From Chrysomallon squamiferum (Eukaryota > Animalia > Mollusca): DNA of 64,000 nucleotides. Location of the stretch: positions 35,030,001 through 35,094,000 of the forward strand of contig CM022665.1 in the NCBI GenBank assembly GCA_012295275.1, read 5' to 3'. The translations under genes and the position numbers were made by a program. Positions 53,754 to 64,000 of this stretch are shown one piece after another. How positions within the stretch are numbered: the first letter of the stretch is position 1; the number at the start of each line of letters is the position of its first letter. Below the pieces are notes generated by a model. The model had not been told where the DNA came from. It saw only the letters and a list, made by a program, of their open reading frames with translations, and searched no databases.

Positions 53754-55992
53754 TTGCCCAATTTGAGCAGTTCTACACCACTCTTAAGGACTTTGATGAC
53801 GGTGCTTTTTCCTACTCCGAAGCACTGTGCCACAGTGTCACAGCCTGAGAGGGAATGGGCGGCTGGCAGTTGCCCCAATGTCTATAGTAGTTCGTTCAGC
53901 ACTTGGTCCTTCCATTGTAAGACGACAGGTCAGGTTCAACTTTGCGTAGAAGTGCAGCAGGAGGATAAAAACGTCTGTTTCCTCACATACGATGTTGATT
54001 CTTTTTACGCCACTTTCAGCTGCCTTAACCATCTGTTGTATGATTATTACATCCGCTTCTTCATGGCAAGTCATGAGATCTTCCCTATGGAAGACAATGC
54101 CATACTGAATTACAACTGGTACAGAGTCAGTAGAGGTAATGACCAGACTGTGTTCATTTGGTTCGTCCTGTGCTTTCTGGATCAAATTCTGACATATCAG
54201 ATCTATGACTGTACCTTATTCTCAGTTACTGTAAGGACAACCTTCTGGGGTGGCAATGGAGTATGTAACTGCAGTCTGTGTCAGCTCGCTTCGTCACCAG
54301 CTCGAGCTGCCCGCGTTCCACTTTTAATGCTGAAGTCGAAGTAGCGATCAAAGATCAGGTTTGTGTCCTGGCTTGCCACCCTTTTCATCACATTCCTCGT
54401 GAAGCCGTTGACAAAATCTGCCACAGTTCCTTGATTAGGCCAGTTTATAACCCAAAGGATAGCACAGCCATCCAGTATTTCTACCTCTGATTTCTCAACC
54501 AAACGCTGGGACACAGTCACCTGCAGATTCTTCTTCAGCGTTGATTTCGTAGTTGCGATTCTCATTTTGCCTTCATCATCAAACATTGAGGTAGGCACGG
54601 GTGACAGTTCATGCACAAGGACAATTTTGATATCAATGTCTCGAGACTGTTGCAACCGTAGTACCCGCGAGTAGATGAGGTTCGTGTCATACACATTATT
54701 GTTCCCAACCCTTACTGCCTTTCTCTTCACTGCCATGGTCACCACCAACTTGAATAAGGATGCATTAAATCCGCCAGGCCAGCTCTTTTCAAACGACAGA
54801 AGTTGACCATTCCCAATATCCACTGCGTCATGTGCGTTTACCGTTTCAGGTGCAATCCGACCAGTAACGACATTGATCAAACCAGCGGGATGACCAGTTG
54901 GATCCGGGGGATCAATGCAAGTCAGAAGTTTATCTTCTATCTTGTCCCTGTCCTTGGCATCCGAAGTGATGCGTGATGGCTTCTCTTCTTTATGACTCGT
55001 CACCTCCCTCTCTCCACTGTCATCGGACATGTCCGTGATATTTTGAACGATCATGCTGCAGGTGTGCATACTTTTAGGGTTTCGGGCTTCAGGGTTATGC
55101 TTATGATTCCATTTGGACCATGCCCGTAATGCATGAAGGTTGTCTCTATCCATATGTCGGACCAGATCCTGTTCCAGAGTCCCGGCTTGTGTCGCATGGT
55201 GTGTTCACCTCTCATGAAGCTCTGAATCACTTTAGGTGGGAGACGCTTCATTGTACTCAGGTAGTACAACCCGTATCTCGCGTAGTTGAAGTGAGCAAAG
55301 GCAAAAAAGTATGGCATCATTTGCTCTACTGCCCAGAGGTGGAGTGGCCAGTCTGCCTCTCGTTCCGTCCGCACGAAGACCATCGTGATAAAGACGGGTT
55401 GGTGACTGTGACAGTGTTGTTGAAAGTGACTTGTTTGAGGACTGAGTCAAATCAGTAATGGCAAAATGCATCAGCATAAGTAAAGGGGATATTCTATAAC
55501 GACTCGGATATACACTGAAGTTGATTTTTGCATATTTTGGTGAAAATATTGGTGTGATCAATACTGTAATGGTTTAATCTGATTCTTTACCCCTAAAAAC
55601 ATTGTGTATTGACACCAAAATTATTTTGATACCATGTGTAGTTACTGAGCTATTGACGTAAACGAGATTTTCAGTAATGGCGGCCTTAATATGCCTATTC
55701 AGCACAAAATATTGGTGTGATCTTGACTGAAATGGCTTAATCTGATTCTTTACCCCTTAAAACATGGGGATAGACACCAACATTATTTTGATACCATGCA
55801 AAGTTACTGAGATATTGACGAAAACAAGATTTTCAGTAATGGCGGCGTTAATTTGCATATTGTGCGGATTGCCTAAGGATGACAGAGTGGCATCATTCAG
55901 ATTCTTAAAGATCACATCTCAGAGGTATAGAAACAGCAAAAAAACTTTGTACGAACCGCAATGCACGCTTATCGGTCCCTGCCACCGGACTA
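53754..55992 (-). mobile_element. Academ-like DNA transposon remnant (transposase plus XPG/FEN1-like nuclease), internally deleted and 3'-truncated
   Basis: Frameshifted - strand ORFs 55383-55051, 55153-54281 and 54185-53838. Motifs DWPLHLWAVEQMMPYFFA..H.NYARY, ELSPVPTSMFD, ILDGCAILW, FDRY..SIKSGTR, HEEAD, TDVFILL and, at ~53850-53760, GCDTVAQCFGVGKSTVIKVL (H3TH motif). The element end at 55992 reads TAGTCCGGTGGC on -, with ~160-bp subterminal tandem repeats at 55544-55860. Confidence 0.75.
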
Positions 55993-56656
55993 TTTTGAAT
56001 TGCTGTTTAGTTCCCTATAATGCGCACGAGAACGTCGATAGATTACAGACTATCTGGCTTAGCTTTACCTCCCACTGAACAAGACATAACTTTGCTGGAA
56101 TGAAATCTAGGCGCAAGATATTGTTTAATTGCGCCATAATCTTTAACATTGCTTCGTTCTGTTTTCATTTTACGTTTAAATTAAAATAATTAAAAAACAC
56201 ACGTTTTTATAATGTTTTAAAATTTACAAGCTTACTGTAAACTTTTTTTTTATTTTTTTTTTTGACTGTAAAAACAAAACAACTGTTATGTACTGTCTTT
56301 AAAACTGTATCTCCTTTGTGTTTTTATTTTAAATACAAAATAAAAATGTGTAATACATTTTAAATTATTCGGTACGTTTCACTGCACCTCTTTTATGTGA
56401 TCAAGTCCTCCGACGTTAGAACCTGGCTATGACCTGATATGGATATATTATACATATGTGACAGAAATACATGTACCAAATCTTCAAATATCAGATGTGG
56501 AGCACTGGCTGAAATTTAAAAATACCCAAATATTGCAGTTTACCACAAGAACCACAACAACTAGACTACACCTTCAAAAGCCTAAGGTTATCTGAAAAAT
56601 ATTTAGTTCTCATAAAAGTATAATCTTGCTTTTGAAGTGTTGTGCCATCTACAAGA

Positions 56657-56688
<32 letters not shown>

Positions 56689-57833
56689 GAAGAGTCTGCT
56701 GTATAACAAAATGAAAACAAATTGTTTACGCAGTACTTAAACAAATTCATTTCATTATATGATGATATAGAATTTTGATTCAATGATTGTGTAGTCTAGA
56801 ACTAGTAGAAGTATGACTCATAATGGTGTAAGGGAAACTTGAATATACGGGTATCTTGACCCATAAAATTATATTCTCTAAATATAGTTTGCTTTATATA
56901 GATGTCTCGATATTATCCCATAGTTGACTGCAAATAAATAACCATGTCATTCAACATTTTTAATGGACGATGAAAACTATGATTCAGACCTTCGATACGA
57001 GAACCGCTTTAGACTGTTATTTGTACATCCTTTGAATACAATTGATTTGTAAATACTTCTGGATTGTGCGCACCAAATAAACGGAAATAGGTATATATTA
57101 CATGGCGGACATTCCAAAACAAGTAACGAAAACGAAAAAGAATAGCAATCTGTTTTGAATTTCTCAACATGCAGCTAATTCTGAAATAAAAGCAAATAAA
57201 CAAGTGAGTAATCTTTCAGATTTAATGCCGATTCAACCTGTCGTACCGTCGAATACTCTACAGACGTTTTTTTTGCCTTTCCTACTGTAATTGTTTTAAA
57301 GTCGTGAATGAACATGTTGAAAGATGAGGTTCCTTTAAAACTGCTTTTAAGTAATTTAACCACTTAAAGTATTAAGCTTACTTATAGCTTTTAGACCTTT
57401 CAGTGAAGTTAGTTAACATATCATTGTTCTAAATGTAGCCGTAACGAGAAATGCAGACAAAAAATAGGAGCAACTTTTATTCCCAGCCCTATAAATTAAT
57501 AGTATAGCCAGTGAAAGCAGACTGAATATTGTAACGATATGGATAAGTGTGTGTGTGTTTTTTTTTTTTTTTCAAAATCATTTTTAAAAAAAATAATAAA
57601 AAAAATAGACATATCCAAGAGCAAATATTTAAGATTTTATTATTTGAATAAACCAGAAAAAAAAAAAACCTGATATAGAAGAATAGGTAATGTTGAGGTA
57701 GCTTGCTATAATATAAATTTTAATGTTGACTGGATAATCAAAACCAATCTTCTATTTAAATTTGAATTAAATTTTATTTTGATTTTTTAAACAGAAGTGA
57801 CATCTAAATACATTTATACTAGTGCCTTCCATC

Positions 57834-60800
57834 ATGGCCCCTGTAGACTGGGATGTGGTCATGAAAGCAAAGACCTCCAACTTATCTGATGATGCTTCTG
57901 ATGAACTGTTCTCTGTTCTCAGTGAAGTAAGTTTTTGTTTTTTACTTAGACTTATCTATTTACTAGATATGTATTTCTGTGTTCATAATTACTCATTCAA
58001 AAACATTAACCCTTACAGTCATGTGTGAACCCAGTTTAAATTATTTATTTTTATAAACTGTTGATCAGAAGTGATGTTTATTTACTGTCAGGACTATGTA
58101 ATTATTCCTTATAAATATGTTTGTGTTTATTGTATTTTATTTTTATTATTATTATTATCTATTTATTTAATTTATTATAAAGTTGTTTTTATTTTATTAT
58201 TTTTTGCAAATTTGAAGATGGATCCAGGAGATGAATCAGATGTGGAGCATTTGAAGAAACTTTTCATGGTAACAAAGGCTGTCATGGTGAACAAACATCA
58301 ACAGGCTGAGAGCATCATGGAAGATGTGGAAAAAGAAACAGTTCAGAACTTGAAAAAAGGCAAATATAAATTTAATTTAATATATATAACAAAAATACTT
58401 TTTTTAAAGTAAATATCTAAACCATGAAATTTTATGAAGATGGCATTAAAAAGCACATTGAAAGATGGAAAGATGTCATAGAGAAGAATGGTGACTATAT
58501 TAACGATTAAATAAATCAAGTATTGTGGGTTTTTTTTATTGTTTTATTGAGCTTTAAAAACAGATAGAACTTTTGTTACAACCTTATAGTTATTATTTTA
58601 ATTTATTTACTATAATCATTAAAAATATAGAAATATTTTTATTACAACCCTTTTTTGAAATCATTATTTACCATATGGGCTTCAGATAATTACTAGTGTA
58701 AGTAATCAAAATCTTTTGGCACTTTTTACATTTTTTACTATAAGTTATATTTCTGTAATTTTGATATCATTGCAGTTTATTTGATTTGTTGTTGTTGTTA
58801 TTATTATTATTACAGTTTAGTGAATGGTTACTTCTTAATACTATACTGAAAACAGAAATATTGTTTCAGGTTGTTTTCTTTAGAGATGAATTAATTTGAT
58901 ATCTTGATAAACTGTGTGTAAGATAAAAGGTTACTAATACAGTATACATGGTTGTCCAAAACAGTCTTTATCCCAGTGAATTTAAAATTGTGAATAATGA
59001 ATTTAAAAAAAATTAAAAAAATTAATTTATATCATTACAGTAGAACCTTGGGTTACAACCTTACTTCGTTCCATAACTCAGTTTGTGAAGTGAAGTGATA
59101 TCAGACACACAATCACCACTCTCATGATTTGCAATTATTTCTTTCTTGACCTCTGCTATGATACATTTACGCTTTCCACCAGCATTATCACTTTCATTTT
59201 TTGTTGTCTTGGGCACCACGTTGGATAGGGTATAATAAAAAGTATACACATAAAAGCAGTAATACTTTTAAAAAATACCAGCGCACAATCTCAATACAAA
59301 ATCTATTGAGCTGCAATTGCATATCGAAGACTAAAGGCCCTAATACATGATATAATCCTTACTTTGGCCTCGGTTTTGATGTAAGCATCTATACTTATCT
59401 TTACTTGATGTTGATGCCAAAACTGACGTCAAAAGAAAATGTGTTGTGGCGTGTCATTGTAGTTCAAAACTCGGGATATTATTTGTAAACCAAGACAAAA
59501 ATTGCCCAAGATCACAGTTTGTAATCTGACTTGTTCATGCTTCAAGGCGTTCATAACCCAAGGTTCCACTGTATATGTTTATTCATTTTTATATATTTAT
59601 TTGTTTTTGTAAATTTTTTTTCAGAGCAAGAAAAAGATAAAGAAATAAAGCAGCTGAAGAAACAAATAGAAGACTTAGAAGTGAGAAACTGTTGTAGTCA
59701 TTATTTGTTTATATTCATTGTAAAATAATAATTATTTTCGTTAAACTGTAGATTTGCTGGCTTTACTAGTGGATGTGGGTGTGTGTTTTATTTTACTTTT
59801 ATTTATATTTAATGCTTACATTATGATTATCTTTTTTATCTTTGATAAAAGCTGGATTTAAAAAATTGAACAGTGTACATCAAAGTGTATGCTAATGTCT
59901 AATGACATGAGGTTTGGAAAAAAAACCCAATTGGTAATCAATATTCTGTAACAGATTTGCCATCTAATTACTAGAAATTATGTAGAAGTGTTCTAAATTT
60001 TAAATGAATAAGTTGGATATATTGAAATGTTATTTCATTGACAGAAATATGGGCCAGCAGAGTCCGGGGGAAGTACTCAACGAGCAGCACCGTTTATGAG
60101 AGAACAACTTCGTGATCTAGAAGATGAAAATGAACAGCTCCGAACAGAAATCAAAGAACTACAGAGAGACTTAACAAATGAAAAAAATGCTGCAGAAAAA
60201 GTTATTTTTTAATTTTTATGCAAAACCACAGTTTAAAGAAAAAAAATGAAACAAAACTGAAAGTTAAAAAATGATTCTGTTTTTGTATCATAATTATGAT
60301 AAATGTACACTCTTTTAAACATATGAAACACATACCTTTTCATTTCTCTTTGAAAACTGATTATTAAATTTCAGATAAATACTGAAAGTTTGAATAAATT
60401 AGTTTTAATTTGAGCTTTTAAAACAAAAGCATTAACATCTGTATATTTATATGTATTTATTTTTGTCATTAGTACAGTGCAAGAATAAGTGATCTTGAAA
60501 AAGATTTAAAAGAACTTCGTGATGAGGTGAGTGGTTTTACATTATGTAAAGAAATGATAAATTTATGAAGATATTTCACATACACATTGATGTTTTTCGC
60601 CATACATTCATCAGAATATTTTGAAACATTAGTGTTAACTTCACAAATAGATGAGCTATGTTTGTGTTATCTTTAACCAACACAACTGGTAACACTATAA
60701 GAAAAAATTAATCAATAAATAAAAAACAACAGTGACAAAAATCCACATTCATTCATAATACCAGTACTTTAAAACTTACTATCTAACATTAAGATATTTT

Positions 60801-63800
60801 TATGGTAATAGTATTTTTTTCAAATAAAATTGTAAATGAAATATTATTTTAAAATGCAGACTAAAAAAATACCTCCCCAAAAACTAACATTATTATGTAA
60901 TTGGATATTTGTAATTTGCAAATAAAATATATATAAAAAATAAATTATCATTGTTATAAAGCAATATATTTTGATATCTAATACATTTTTTAATACTTCT
61001 CTGTGCATAGAATGATCAAATGCGTCAAGATCTTAGTGACTACAAAATGCAGATGGAAGCCCAGCGTGTCAATGTTGTGGCCCAGCATGGTGAAGAACAA
61101 CAATACAGAACTAAACTGAAAATGAAGAACCGTGAACTGGCTGAGGCAATGGAAGAGATTCAGGTTTGTTAACTCCTCTTAATATTATGTTACTGATTTT
61201 CCAACATATTTAAAAATAATTATCTGAAACTATATTTTTGGAAGTGTTAACACCAGAAAGAAAAATTATAAATTAAAAACCACTCCCATAGTGAAATACT
61301 TAGTTGATTATTTGCTCTGGTTTTGGTGATCCATATAAGTTGGCAAGTTCCAGCTTGGTTTCCTTTTTTCAAAAATGGTGATTCATTAATAGAATTACTG
61401 TTGTTATTATTTAGATAACACAGATTTGCTTATCTAAATTACCAAACCTATCTTTTTATATAAACAAACAATTTTTCAGAAGTTATTGTTCATGATTTCA
61501 AAATAATAATTTTTGTTTTGCTCCAAAAAGAAAACATTATTTAAAAACTATTAATAAATAATTGATTATTTTTAAATATATGCAGATTCCTATTGTTGTT
61601 GGGTTTTTTAAAAGAAAAAAGCCCATTATGTTGAATGTGTGATACATTTTTTAATATATTTTATTTATAATTTATTGTAGAACCTGACAGACCAGATTGA
61701 ACATCTTCAGTCAGTGAACAGTAATTTACAACAACAGCTCTCTGAAGCAGCAGAACAGATGAATCAAATAACAGAAAATGATGTCAAACTAAAGGTTTTT
61801 GTGTTATTACCATTTAAATCAGACCTTTTCTTACATTATTTCTAAGTTAGTTTACAAAATTAAATTCAATTTATTAAATTTTCCAAGATGTACATTTACA
61901 GAAAATTGATACATACATTAGTAATATTTAACGTATTCAAATTGATAATAAAGTTAATTTAAGCCAAATCATTCTTTTTCTTGTTATTAAAATAATCAGA
62001 AATGGATTAAAAACAAAATAAATATTTAATAATTTATTTTTTATGTTTGTGATATTCATAATAATAATTCTTTTTATTCATATTAATATTATTAAAGATT
62101 TACAAGAAAATGTTTTAATGTTCTTTCTGGTAGTCATATCAGCCATTATACATTTTTTCTTGTGATAAAACAAAGAATAAAAGCAGAATCATCAGATGTT
62201 AAAAATTACAAATGCCAGTACATCCACTTTTCAAAATCAGTCAATATTTTCTCATCATTGTTTAAACATTGAAATAATAAGCAATAATAAAATCGTTCTG
62301 AAAGATTCAGATATTGTATTTGGGGAAAAAATACATTTATAATTTCATGGAAAATTGATTATGATGCATTTGCTGTGAGGATTTATAAATTTGGATTTTT
62401 ATATTTGGTTTCTTTAACATTTCAGGCTGTTCTACAAAAGAGTGACAGCGAAACTGACCGTTTGAGAGAAGAAAACAAAATACTGAAAAACTTGGTAATT
62501 AAATTTTACTAATAAAAAGAAATGTTAACAAGTTTAAAATACGTGTGCATTAGCAAAATCAAAATAATAAATTAGTAACAGTAAAACTGATTGTTATTAA
62601 TAACAATTAGGGTTAATACTAGGGACAACAATAATAGTTTTCATAAATATTTAAATATTTCTACTAACACACCATGCATTTAGAGATTTTATTTGTTAAA
62701 AAATCAATGGTTATATAAGAATAGAATTTAAATTTAAATCAAAGATAAGCTTTTCTACTTAAATATTTCACACTGTATTTCTTATAATGTCAGAAACAGT
62801 TCAGATATTTTTAATGATTGATAAGGGATATGGTTTAATTTTCATATTTCATTTATTTATTTTTTTATTATTATTTTTATGTTAAAACAGGTTGATGATC
62901 TGACAGAACAAGTGCAGTCTAAGCGCGAGTCAGATGATGTCATTATGGTGGCAGTGAACAACAAAATAGAAGAATGGAAAGTAAGCTAAAGTTCTACACA
63001 AATTTTAATGAAACTCAAATCATTTTTGGGTAAAATTGTTTATAAACTCAGTATCCTCTGAGAGAAGAAGTTTTATTACAATAAAATATTTTTAGCAGAA
63101 TCTTTTGCTCTTTGACAGAATATATATTTTTTTTTTATCAAAACCTTTTGGATATTTACAGATAAAATGCAGGATTCAATGAATTTTTTATTAATTTTCC
63201 TTTATGACTGATTATTGGCATAGAGCAAATATATTAAATGAGTCCGTATATTTTTAAAACAAAAATTTTACTTAATTGTGTTTTACAGTTACTCAGTTTG
63301 CTTTCTTCAAAACAGATTTGGTGTTTAGACTATTTTATATAAATGGATGCTGATTTCAGCTAATGTCAGTGGTTAATGACACATTTAACTTGTAACAGGA
63401 GCTGGTGAATGAAAAGAATCATCAGATTTGTGAACTACAGGAGACAGTGGCTAGGTTAAAAGAACAATTGATAGCAGCCAACATGGACACTGACAAGACA
63501 TCTGTGACAGCATTGGGACAGGTTTTCAATATTTATATTTCATTTTACAAGTAATTGGGTTATTTAAAAAGAAAGAAATTGCAGTACAGAATATTTCAAA
63601 CATTTTTTTTTTCTTTTAATTCAACCTAATATTTATTTTTTATTAAATTGAATTGAAATTTTAAGTTGTATATTATGAATTAATTTTTGCACAGCATTTT
63701 TAATAGGAATTGTAAATAAATTTAGACATGTAGATATACTAATTTTTAAAATATACTTTTTATAGTTTAGGTTACATTTTATTTTATTATGTAATTAATG

Positions 63801-64000
63801 TCATTCAGATGATATAAATCCTAAATTATAACATCTTTACATTTATAAAAATAAGTTTAGCTGATGCAGGTATACTGACATTTCAAATTTAGTGACTAAT
63901 GCTTTTATATTGATTAGATAATTATGGACAAGGACAAAGAAATTAGTGATCTGACTGAGAGAGTTCAGATGTACACAGCAGATATGGAGAGGAATGCAGC
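57834..64000 (+). CDS. CEP290: Centrosomal protein of 290 kDa, first 11 coding exons (continues beyond the window)
   Basis: Exons 57834-57926, 58218-58359 (GC donor), 59625-59680, 60045-60200, 60473-60526, 61011-61163, 61681-61794, 62426-62494, 62891-62980, 63399-63521 and 63918-64000, all in phase. MAPVDWDVVMK..DELFSVLS, LFMVTKAVM, NDQMRQDLSDYKMQMEAQR, YRTKLKMKNREL..MEEIQ and DDVIMVAVNNKIEEWK match the CEP290 N-terminus. Confidence 0.92.
59038..59571 (-). mobile_element. Tigger/pogo deletion derivative in CEP290 coding intron 2
   Basis: TA|CAGTAGAACCTTGGGTTA ... TAACCCAAGGTTCCACTG|TA. The - strand peptide KRKCIIAEVKKEIIANHESGDCVSDI resembles the N-terminal CENP-B/psq HTH of Tigger transposases. 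Confidence 0.85.

Noticed and set aside
53754-54344. 196-aa + strand ORF
   Set aside because: Antisense shadow of the Academ-like coding sequence; the conserved motifs are on the - strand.
55764-56078. 104-aa + strand ORF
   Set aside because: Lies in the transposon's terminal repeat region, crosses the element boundary and has no recognisable motif.

Overview
AT-rich, intron-rich animal genomic DNA. It is probably a lophotrochozoan such as a mollusc, judged only from composition and gene content. Left to right the window contains: (1) most of a + strand BCH/CRAL-TRIO plus RhoGAP gene (ARHGAP1/8 family), ending at 16157, with a TSD-flanked Buster-type hAT remnant in one intron; (2) an intact 3-exon + strand gene (about 320 aa) that I cannot assign to a family; (3) a - strand IRAG/LRMP (MRVI1/Jaw1) family gene whose 5' and central exons carry stops, a frameshift and dead splice sites, while its last five exons still splice into a clean 217-aa ORF ending in a transmembrane helix and KASH-like tail; (4) a decayed region with nested Tc1/mariner-pogo MITEs, an SLC22 transporter pseudogene fragment and an Academ-like (XPG nuclease) transposon remnant; (5) the first 11 coding exons of CEP290 on +, running off the window. 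Two GC-AG introns are supported by reading-frame continuity. Most short ORFs in the supplied track are spurious. All homology calls come from motif recognition by eye; no database searches were run.
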